Below the pieces are notes generated by a model. The model had not been told where the DNA came from and made no database searches. It saw nothing but the letters and a program-made list of their open reading frames with translations. The translations under genes were made by a program, and so were the position numbers. Positions 56,292 through 64,000 of a stretch of DNA of 64,000 bases are shown here, piece by piece. Position 1 is the first letter of the stretch; each line of letters starts with the position of its first letter. This DNA comes from Bacteroidales bacterium (lineage in GTDB: Bacteria > Bacteroidota > Bacteroidia > Bacteroidales > VadinHA17). The stretch spans positions 13,767 through 77,766 of the forward strand of contig DATKTA010000008.1 in the NCBI GenBank assembly GCA_035531395.1, in the 5' to 3' direction.

Positions 56292-59078
56292 ATGATTATG
56301 ATAAGAAAGCCTTCGTTGATGCTTACCGTAGCATCTATGATTTTCATAGTGGGAGCATGCGTCACTGTAAAACATGCGGTAACAGGAGATCCCTCCGGGC
56401 GTACTCCAAGTGCTGAAAGGGAATTCAGAGCTGCCTGGGTTGCAACCGTGGCTAATGTTAACTGGCCCAGTAAACCAGGATTGCCTGTGGACCAGCAGAA
56501 GAGAGAGGCGATTGAACTGCTTGATCTTCTCTATAATAATAATTATAATGCTGTTATATTCCAGGTGAGGCCGCAGTGTGATGCCCTGTATAAGAGCGAT
56601 TTGGAGCCATGGTCATATTACCTTACCGGGAAACAGGGAAAAGCTCCTGATCCTTACTATGATCCGCTTGAATTCTGGATCACAGAGGCTCATGCCCGCG
56701 GCATTGAACTTCATGCATGGCTGAATCCTTACAGGGCGCATCATATTGCAGGAGGAGAGGTTACTGAATCTTCAATTGTAAGAAAGCGACCTGATCTTGT
56801 TGTTAAACTTGAACAGGGTTACTGGTGGATGGAACCCACAAAAAAAGCAACACAGGACCAGACCTATAATGTGGTTATGGATCTTGTCAGAAGGTATGAT
56901 CTCGATGGAATTCACTTTGATGATTATTTTTACCCTTATCCTTCTTATAACAACGATAAAGATTTTCCTGATGATGAGAGCTGGCAGGCCTATCAGAAAA
57001 GCGGTGGCAAGCTGTCGCGCGGCGACTGGAGAAGGGAAAGTGTGAACACCCTGATAAAAAGGATATACAAGGGTATTAAAGCAGAAAAGCCTGAAGTGAA
57101 ATTCGGACTGAGCCCTTTCGGTATTTGGCGTCCGTATAATCCTCTTTCCATAACCGGTTTCGACCAGCATGACGTTCTTTTTGCCGATGCACGTAAATGG
57201 CTGAACGAAGGGTGGATAGATTATTACTCACCACAGCTTTACTGGCAGATCAATCAGATGCCTCAGAGCTATCCACTGCTTCTTGGATGGTGGAAAGAGG
57301 AAAACTTAAAAAACAGGCACCTGTGGCCGGGGATAAGTTTGAGCATCCAGCCTGTACCAAAGCTTATTGACGAGACAATTAACCAGATAATGGTAGCCCG
57401 TGGCATGCTGCCCCGGAGTCCCGGTGTGGTTCATTGGAGCATAGGACCTGTGGCTGCCAACCCTCTGCTGGCAAAAGCGATCCTGGAGGGGCCCTACAAA
57501 AGAAAAGCCCTTGTGCCACCTTCGCCCTGGCTTGACAAAAAGGCTCCTGCTGCGCCTTCTGTGAATGTTACAGTGGAAAAGGATACAATGAAAATAACCT
57601 GGGTTCATAATGATATAAAAGATGTTGCCCGCTGGGTTGTCTATTTCAAACATGGGAATCAATGGGCATATGATATTCAGGGAAATAGTGTTAGATCTGA
57701 AAGCGTGCCGGCATTTCTTGTCAACAGGACAATGCTTGCCAGGATTGATCCTTCATCTGTAAAACAGGTACAGGATCTGCTTATACCACTTGACAGTATT
57801 GCGGTTTCTGCAGTGGACCACTTCGGGAATGAAAGTACACTGACCTTTCTGAAGGCTGAAAGAGTATCATATAGTGAAGCACCCTCACTGGAGGCTATCC
57901 GGTACAGGTATTCTTCTGTTAAAAAATTAACAGCACTGCCTGAGCCATATGTAACTCCTGGCATTAATGTGCTGGTCGAAGATCAGATCGATCTTATAAA
58001 GGGGAAAAGGGTCGGACTAATAACAAATCCGTCAGCTGTAGGAACCGATCTGAGAAGCAGCATTGATATACTTGCCGGTACACCCGGTGTAAATCTTGTA
58101 GCGTTATTTGGCGCTGAGCATGGAGTGAGGGGTGCAAAGCAGGGAAGGATATTCCAGGAAGGTGAACCTGATCCGGGGACGGGCATCCCTGTATACAGCA
58201 TGTATGGTGAATCTTTTGCACCAAAAAAGGAATGGCTGCAGAATCTGGATGTTCTAATATTTGATATCCAGGGGGTTGGTTCTTCATGGTATACATTTAA
58301 ATACTCAATGTCATATGCTATGCAGGCATGTGCAGAAGCAGGAATAAAATTCATAGTGCTTGACAGACCAAATCCACTCGGCGGAAGGGTAGTGGAAGGT
58401 CCGTTGTTGAATATAGGAAGCATCTTCAGGCATCCTCTGCCACTGCGGCATGGTATGACATATGGTGAACTGGCACAGATGTGGAATGAAACAGAAGGCT
58501 TTAATGCGGACCTGACAGTGGTTAGGATGAAAGGGTGGCGTCGTAGAATGATGTGGAACGAAACAGGTCTGCCATGGATTATGCCATCTCCTAACATGGG
58601 GACCTTTGAAACAGCTGTTGTCTACCCGGGACAATGCCTGTTTGAAAGAACAAACATATCTGAGGGCAGAGGCACAACAAAGCCATTCCTGCTGACCGGA
58701 TCAACCTGGATAGATGCAGAGAGAGCTGCAGACAGCCTTAACACCAGGGGGATTAAAGGTGCAGCATTCAGACCGGTATATTTTATTCCGCAGAATGCCG
58801 ATACCTTAAATAACCCAAGGGGAAAGCCATGGAACAAAATGTGTGGTGGAGTTGAGATCATACTGACGGATCCGGCTGCCTACAGATCCGTTGCAGCTGC
58901 GGTAAATATGTTCGACGTATTCCGTAAACAATCGCCTGATTCGCTGAAATGGAATCCGCCTGCCTCTCTGAAACTACTTGAGGAACCTGGAATGAAAGTT
59001 GAAGATGTATTGAAAGCATCTCAGGATGAGGTTGTTGAATTTATGAAAATCAGGGAGAAATATTTATTATACAGATGA
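56292..59078 (+). CDS. Fusion lipoprotein: N-terminal GHL10 (YngK-like, DUF187) domain and C-terminal DUF1343/NamZ (exo-beta-N-acetylmuramidase, GH171) domain
   Basis: The lipobox is VGAC. The GHL10 start is EFRAAWVATVANVNWPS. From about nt 57957 the NamZ-like segments are GKRVGLITNPSAVG, LFGAEHGVRG, DIQGVGSSWYTF, LDRPNPLGG, PLRHGMTYGELA, PSPNMGTFETAVVYPGQCLFE and SEGRGTTKPF. Confidence 0.75.
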   Translation: MIMIRKPSLMLTVASMIFIVGACVTVKHAVTGDPSGRTPSAEREFRAAWVATVANVNWPSKPGLPVDQQKREAIELLDLLYNNNYNAVIFQVRPQCDALYKSDLEPWSYYLTGKQGKAPDPYYDPLEFWITEAHARGIELHAWLNPYRAHHIAGGEVTESSIVRKRPDLVVKLEQGYWWMEPTKKATQDQTYNVVMDLVRRYDLDGIHFDDYFYPYPSYNNDKDFPDDESWQAYQKSGGKLSRGDWRRESVNTLIKRIYKGIKAEKPEVKFGLSPFGIWRPYNPLSITGFDQHDVLFADARKWLNEGWIDYYSPQLYWQINQMPQSYPLLLGWWKEENLKNRHLWPGISLSIQPVPKLIDETINQIMVARGMLPRSPGVVHWSIGPVAANPLLAKAILEGPYKRKALVPPSPWLDKKAPAAPSVNVTVEKDTMKITWVHNDIKDVARWVVYFKHGNQWAYDIQGNSVRSESVPAFLVNRTMLARIDPSSVKQVQDLLIPLDSIAVSAVDHFGNESTLTFLKAERVSYSEAPSLEAIRYRYSSVKKLTALPEPYVTPGINVLVEDQIDLIKGKRVGLITNPSAVGTDLRSSIDILAGTPGVNLVALFGAEHGVRGAKQGRIFQEGEPDPGTGIPVYSMYGESFAPKKEWLQNLDVLIFDIQGVGSSWYTFKYSMSYAMQACAEAGIKFIVLDRPNPLGGRVVEGPLLNIGSIFRHPLPLRHGMTYGELAQMWNETEGFNADLTVVRMKGWRRRMMWNETGLPWIMPSPNMGTFETAVVYPGQCLFERTNISEGRGTTKPFLLTGSTWIDAERAADSLNTRGIKGAAFRPVYFIPQNADTLNNPRGKPWNKMCGGVEIILTDPAAYRSVAAAVNMFDVFRKQSPDSLKWNPPASLKLLEEPGMKVEDVLKASQDEVVEFMKIREKYLLYR

Positions 59079-59153
59079 AAACTAATTTAATTAATTTGAA
59101 CATTCTATATAGTCTTATTCAATGAATTAGAAAGGATGCGGCTTTGCTTAACT

Positions 59154-59280
59154 TTCACGAACTCACCCCCTTTATCCCCCTCTCTACTTTGTAAAGAGGG
59201 GGAAGACGCTAAAGGACTGAGCGTTAATCCCCCCCTCTTTGTGAAACAGAGAGGGGGGGCAGGGGGGTGAGTTCATGAAA
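59154..59280. repeat. Inverted pair of G/C-tract REP-like elements
   Basis: The left copy is ttcacgaactcaccccctttatccccctctctactttgtaaagaggggg. The right copy (59225..59280) is its approximate reverse complement, ending ..gggggtgagttcatgaaa. Confidence 0.75.
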
Positions 59281-59359
59281 TGCATCTGAGTTATTAGTTA
59301 ATCTGGAAACATTTTATCGTTAATATTTCTGGTTCCTGATAATTATTAATAATATCAAT

Positions 59360-60271
59360 ATGACAAGTTGTAAATCTTTTATTAAAGTGTTATTGGCAGT
59401 TATGGTGATTACAAGTTGTTCGCCTGTCGATATGCCTTATGAAGTTGTCGATGGCTACATGTTTGTGCAGAAAGAGGAGCGCAGGAATGACAGTACGGAA
59501 TGGAAGATTGTATGGGAAGATGAATTTGACACAGGCAGCCTGGACACTACACATTGGTCGAAAATAGGACTCTATACTTCTGAACGACTATTGAATAACC
59601 TTCCTGACGTGAAAACCGATAAAAATGCCTGGAGGAAAATAACCAGCCACTGGTCTAGCTATATGTGTTCGACCAACCCTGAAGCTGTGAAATTCAACGA
59701 AGGGAATATATTGCTGCGGGGCATTATTAACAGGGACACTACCGGCTGGGATAACAGGCCATACCATACCGGCGGGATATGGACTTTAAGAAAATTTGCC
59801 TTTCAATATGGCAGGATTGAGGTAAGGGCAAAACTTGACCCTGCCTATGGTGCCTGGCCTGCAATATGGATGATTCCGGAAAAGAAGGTTTATAAGAATC
59901 AGCATAATGGGGAACTGGACATTATGGAACGATTGAACCATGATGACTTTGCCTATCAGACAATTCACAGCCACTGGAACCTTAATCTGAAACTGGAGAC
60001 TCCGCAAAGGTTCACCACTGCAAAAATAGATACAACTGATTTTAATGTTTATAGTTTGGAATGGTATCCTGAAAAAATAAGATTCGCTATAAATGGTATT
60101 GTCTCCTTTGAATATTTAAAAATACACGGTGCAGGAACTTTTCAGTGGCCTTTTGATCAGCCATTTTACCTGATTGTAGATCAGCAGCTGGAGGGATGGC
60201 CGGGAAAAGTTACAAATCCGGGGGAATTGCCAATTAATATGACAATTGACTGGGTCAGATTATATCAATAA
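59360..60271 (+). CDS. GH16 family glycoside hydrolase (beta-glucanase/laminarinase-like) lipoprotein
   Basis: The lipobox is ITSC. WPAIWMIPE and the catalytic motif GELDIME (ExDxxE) are present. Confidence 0.8.
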   Translation: MTSCKSFIKVLLAVMVITSCSPVDMPYEVVDGYMFVQKEERRNDSTEWKIVWEDEFDTGSLDTTHWSKIGLYTSERLLNNLPDVKTDKNAWRKITSHWSSYMCSTNPEAVKFNEGNILLRGIINRDTTGWDNRPYHTGGIWTLRKFAFQYGRIEVRAKLDPAYGAWPAIWMIPEKKVYKNQHNGELDIMERLNHDDFAYQTIHSHWNLNLKLETPQRFTTAKIDTTDFNVYSLEWYPEKIRFAINGIVSFEYLKIHGAGTFQWPFDQPFYLIVDQQLEGWPGKVTNPGELPINMTIDWVRLYQ

Positions 60272-60275
60272 AAAA

Positions 60276-62897
60276 ATGATGAAGACCATCCATTTTACAG
60301 GAACACTTCTGATCCTGATAATACTCGTCTCAGGATGTAAGACCGTTCAGAAAGCAGAAACAAAGCAGGTTGTAAACGAGACCTTAACCAGATCATCGGG
60401 TGAGGTAAGGGGGATTGCTATAATGCCCGGATCATATCTGGATGATGATACTGAGATAATGAAACAGAATCTTGTCTCATTTATTCGAAAGTCAGCTGAA
60501 AAAAATTGCAACACTGTTTTCTTCTTCACATCGGGAAGCAGGGATCCTCTTCAACTGGCAACAGAGGAGGCTCATAAACATGGAATGAAGATCTATGCAG
60601 TAATTAATTTCCCTGTTTCATCAGATAAAGGCAGAGAAATCTCACTGTCACTAAGGAAAACGATGCTGAAGGATGAAGTTCATAACCTGGCAGAAAATTG
60701 CAACATTGACGGTCTTGGAATTCAGATCTCTGATCATTCCCGGGAACTTATTGAATCCATGGTAGTTGAATCAATGTTGATTAAACCTTACCTGGTTAAT
60801 TTTCTTATCTGGTCAGGCGAAGATGAATTTAACAAGGCTATCAGCTTCCGGAATGAAGGAATTGTTGATATGATTATATCGAAGGACGAAATATTTAACA
60901 CTGAAGATGTAGCTTATAAGGATAAGATCCAGGTCCCTTCAGATATGAAAAAGATAAGACCTGAACAGGTAATTGGACTCGACTTTTCTGCCCTCTTTCC
61001 TGATAATGCCGGAGGCCAGGCTGTAAAGTTGAATGGATCAGATATATCTGCTGTTACCGACTCGGAAGGATTTCTGGGAATGATAACATCCCGGACAGAC
61101 ACTATAAGAATTGAATCCGCTGCAGGGTCCTTTGTTTTTCCAATGGCAAGATGGTCTTTACCTTACAATTATGCAATTCAGCCCGATGGGAAAGTGGTAC
61201 GCAGATCACCCTGGGTCGAATTCAGAAGGATGCCTCGCGAAATTACAAATGTGCCTGAATTTGATCTGCTTTGCAGGACCGATTATCCGGCAACTGTTTC
61301 GATAAACGGAGTTCCTGTTAAGCAATATAAGACTGGAATATTCTTTAAAAAAATTGTACTTAATGAAGGTGTAAACCGGATAAGAGCCACTGTTATAACA
61401 TCTGACTCACTTTCAGTATTTTATGAACGGGAATTTTCTTATACTAAAAGCGAAAGTACCAGACAGCCGTTTCCTCTTTGGATAGAGCAAAGAAGTGTTG
61501 AGCCTGCAAATAATATGGAATTATTATCTGATGATGTCGTAAGAGTTAGTTTTCAGGGTTCTAAAGGGCAGGAGGCTTATGTAAAAGTTGTCCCCGGTAA
61601 ATCAAGGGTTAAATGCGAACGGGAAGATTTTAAAGACTACTCAGTGTACAGGGCTGATCTTTATCTGGATAAGATTGTTCCTGGCAAGTCATCCAGTATA
61701 ATGATTGAGCTAGTCACTACTGAAAGTTCGGATAAATTTCATTATGAGTTGCCGGCCTCATTGATCGTCAGAGATATTGGTTCTTTCCCGGTTATCAGAG
61801 TTAAAAATGAGAACTCACGTCTTACATTTAACCTTGGTGCACCACGTCTTGGTGGGCCAATAAGATCAGAGCTTGGAAGCGGGGTGATTCTGAAGACAAA
61901 TGGAAAAACAGGTGATTACTATCGTGTCAGGCTCAGCAGTATTGAGAATGGCTTTATCCATTCGGATGATGTTGAGGTGATGCCTACTGGAACTGTCAGG
62001 CCATCGTACATAATTACGAGCATGTCATGCGGCCCTGCTGATGGTGCGGATCAATTATCAATTCCATATCCTGAACCTGTACCCTATGAGGTCTTTCCCG
62101 ATCCCGGAAAGAGAAGAATTGTAATTACTCTTTTTGGAGTTCAGACAGCCAGCACCTGGATAACACATATGAATAACAGGAAGATAATTGATAATGTTAC
62201 CTGGCAGCAGACAACACCTGACACATACCAGGTATTTGTAAACCTTAATTCATCAGTTATCTGGGGATACGATTTATATCCCGATGGTAAAAGACTGGTA
62301 TTCAGGGTGAAATATCCCCCGGTATATGATCCTTACAATACAAAACCGTTGTCGGGCCTTAAGATCGCTGTTGAGGCAGGACACGGTGGCTCAGGTATTG
62401 GAGCTGTAGGATTATCTGGACTTGAGGAGAAGGTCATAAATCTTGATCTTTCATTCAGGCTTGGCGAGCTTTGCAAATCGATGGGAGCGGAGGTGATTCA
62501 GGTCCGAGACTCTGATAAAGATATGGCCCTGCTTGAGAAGCGGGACAATGCTGTTAAGTCAGGTGCCGATATTCTTATCAGTATACATGCCAATGCCGGG
62601 GGGCGGGGATATCTGTCCGTTGCCGGAACAAGCACCTACTGGCACAATCCTTTATGGGCTCCACTGGCTGAAAATATATATGACAGGCTCCTGGAACTTG
62701 ACCTTAAGGAGTTTGGCGTAATAGGCTCCTTTAATTATACTGTAACCAGGATTACACAGATGCCTTCAGTTCTTGTTGAGCAGGCCTTCATGTCGCATGC
62801 GGAAGATGAGGAAAAGCTAGCTGATCCTCAATTCAGGCAGGAGATGGCTGTTAAGATATATACAGGGCTTGTTGACTATCTGAAGTCTATGAAATAA
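60276..62897 (+). CDS. Multidomain lipoprotein with a C-terminal N-acetylmuramoyl-L-alanine amidase (Amidase_3) domain
   Basis: The ATG at 60276 gives MMKTIHFTG..SGC (lipobox); the track start at 60246 is TTG and overlaps GH16. The C-terminus LKIAVEAGHGGSGIGAVG ... ADILISIHANAG is the Amidase_3 signature. The N-terminal ~200 aa look like a degenerate GHL10-like domain. Confidence 0.75.
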   Translation: MMKTIHFTGTLLILIILVSGCKTVQKAETKQVVNETLTRSSGEVRGIAIMPGSYLDDDTEIMKQNLVSFIRKSAEKNCNTVFFFTSGSRDPLQLATEEAHKHGMKIYAVINFPVSSDKGREISLSLRKTMLKDEVHNLAENCNIDGLGIQISDHSRELIESMVVESMLIKPYLVNFLIWSGEDEFNKAISFRNEGIVDMIISKDEIFNTEDVAYKDKIQVPSDMKKIRPEQVIGLDFSALFPDNAGGQAVKLNGSDISAVTDSEGFLGMITSRTDTIRIESAAGSFVFPMARWSLPYNYAIQPDGKVVRRSPWVEFRRMPREITNVPEFDLLCRTDYPATVSINGVPVKQYKTGIFFKKIVLNEGVNRIRATVITSDSLSVFYEREFSYTKSESTRQPFPLWIEQRSVEPANNMELLSDDVVRVSFQGSKGQEAYVKVVPGKSRVKCEREDFKDYSVYRADLYLDKIVPGKSSSIMIELVTTESSDKFHYELPASLIVRDIGSFPVIRVKNENSRLTFNLGAPRLGGPIRSELGSGVILKTNGKTGDYYRVRLSSIENGFIHSDDVEVMPTGTVRPSYIITSMSCGPADGADQLSIPYPEPVPYEVFPDPGKRRIVITLFGVQTASTWITHMNNRKIIDNVTWQQTTPDTYQVFVNLNSSVIWGYDLYPDGKRLVFRVKYPPVYDPYNTKPLSGLKIAVEAGHGGSGIGAVGLSGLEEKVINLDLSFRLGELCKSMGAEVIQVRDSDKDMALLEKRDNAVKSGADILISIHANAGGRGYLSVAGTSTYWHNPLWAPLAENIYDRLLELDLKEFGVIGSFNYTVTRITQMPSVLVEQAFMSHAEDEEKLADPQFRQEMAVKIYTGLVDYLKSMK

Positions 62898-62934
62898 AAA
62901 GCAGTTGTCCGGTTATTTATCAGACAACTGCTTT
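62898..62934 (+). terminator. Probable intrinsic terminator hairpin
   Basis: The stem is aaagcagttgtc / gacaactgcttt (12 perfect bp) with a 13-nt loop, immediately after the stop at 62897. Confidence 0.6.
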
Positions 62935-63110
62935 CAGGAAAAAATTAAGTTACAAATAATCAAAGAAACAGGATATTACCATTCGCAACTAGTAATATGT
63001 ATAATGTTTCTTAGAAGTTAATTATAAATTATAAAATTAACCGATGCAAAAATATGAATGAATCGCCGGGATGCTTATTAGAAATTCATTAGAAATTGAT
63101 TAAAAACTGG

Positions 63111-64000
63111 TTAAGATTGGGGATTTAACCTTTTAAAAAGCATGTTTATCCTGGTACCCTTATTTTCCATGCTCTCAACTTTGATTTCGGCCCTGTGCAG
63201 TTGCATTATTCCTGAAACCATTGTTAGTCCTATTCCAAATCCCCCGATAAACTTAACATTGGAACCTCTTGTGAAAGGCTTATAGATATTATCAAGTTCT
63301 TTTTCAGGTATTCCGATACCTCTGTCAGCGACAACCACAGTGATGTTCTCACCTTCGAGTCTGAATTCGACAATTACATTTTCATTTGAAAATTTGCAGG
63401 CATTATCGATGAGATTCTTGAAAGCAATGATAAGGAGTCCTTCATTGCCATTGATAATCAGATCTTTTTCATTCTCAGGATATTGAATTTTTGGAATGAT
63501 CTTCTGATCCTGATATTTGTTCTTGATCTGGTGTATTGCATCAAAAACAATCTCATCAATCCGGACAGGTGTGAAGCTGATGCTTGTGTTTTTATTGACC
63601 TGGGCCAGTTCAAGGAGGCTGTTCAGGAGGGAGTTTATCTTTTTAAGATCCCTCAGCAGTTCAGAGATATGTTCAGTATATTCTTCCCTGCTTCTCTCCC
63701 TGCTGATAAAGTAGTCTGTCTCGCTTATCATTACTGTAAGGGGAGTACGCAATTCATGGGAGGCATTTGAAACAAAATCCTCCTGATTCCGGAAGGCTAT
63801 TTCGAGATCGGAAAGCATCTGATTAAATGTTACGGATAGCTGGTCTATTTCATCTCTCCTGTCACCCTCGTCAAGCCTGCTGCTCAGACGAAGCGAGTTA
63901 ATTTCCTTCACACTGTTAATTATACGGGAAATAGGCCTGATAGCTCTTCTGGCAAATAAATAGGAAAGGAGAATTGACAGTGCGATACTGGACAATATAC
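63111..64000 (-). CDS. Sensor histidine kinase (HAMP + HisKA + HATPase_c), 5' end truncated by the window edge
   Basis: The H-box is SHELRTPLT, the N-box LIDNACKFS and the G-boxes DRGIGIP..GGFGIGL. The reading frame stays open to position 64000; the track start at 63995 is TTG. Confidence 0.85.
   Translation of the reverse strand, partial: ILSSIALSILLSYLFARRAIRPISRIINSVKEINSLRLSSRLDEGDRRDEIDQLSVTFNQMLSDLEIAFRNQEDFVSNASHELRTPLTVMISETDYFISRERSREEYTEHISELLRDLKKINSLLNSLLELAQVNKNTSISFTPVRIDEIVFDAIHQIKNKYQDQKIIPKIQYPENEKDLIINGNEGLLIIAFKNLIDNACKFSNENVIVEFRLEGENITVVVADRGIGIPEKELDNIYKPFTRGSNVKFIGGFGIGLTMVSGIMQLHRAEIKVESMENKGTRINMLFKRLNPQS

Noticed and set aside
1-64000. Prophage, integrative element or defence island
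   Set aside because: I could recognise no integrase, transposase, recombinase, capsid or terminase gene, toxin-antitoxin pair, restriction-modification genes or known defence hallmark domains. The only nuclease-like gene is a small GIY-YIG protein.

Overview
All calls below come from motif recognition by eye; no database search was run. The window looks like a chromosomal segment from a Bacteroidota-type genome. Supporting signs are a T9SS C-terminal sorting domain, many lipoprotein and TAT signals, large FtsX permeases next to a sigma-54 two-component system, and intergenic GC-rich hairpin repeats. No rRNA, tRNA, CRISPR array, transposase, integrase or phage gene is recognisable.

Gene content by region:
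- 1-10.7 kb: an ABC-2 exporter, two ~800-aa FtsX/MacB-like permeases, and a divergent sigma-54-dependent response regulator with its histidine kinase. The upstream region is duplicated, and an internally deleted permease remnant sits beside the second copy.
- 10.8-38.4 kb: a glycan-degradation region. It holds three divergent GH38-like mannosidases, an AGE-family epimerase, three URO-D/MtaA-like paralogs and a BNR+LamG protein. It also holds a TAT-signal protein of unknown function, an MFS sugar porter, a DUF1080 protein, an HGSNAT-like acyltransferase, a GH-A hydrolase, a DUF4838-like protein and a beta-helix protein. No SusC/SusD pair is present.
- 38.5-53.4 kb: a CYTH protein, a TAT aldo/keto reductase and a T9SS-secreted BNR propeller. 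Then comes an acid-sugar module (PdxA2, DUF1537 kinase, LarA/DUF2088-like protein, GntP permease) flanked by a Ser-type sulfatase, an exported SelA-like PLP enzyme and an amidohydrolase.
- 53.6-62.9 kb: a GH33 sialidase, a beta-helix protein, a GHL10-NamZ fusion, a GH16 protein and a MurNAc-L-Ala amidase protein.
- 63.1 kb to the end: a partial histidine kinase.

The most unusual non-coding features:
- (G/C)CATTAA heptanucleotide arrays at gene boundaries around the URO-D-like genes.
- A four-helix-bundle gene bracketed by 14-bp direct repeats.
- Two copies of a composite three-hairpin palindromic element whose central 22-bp stems differ but stay complementary.
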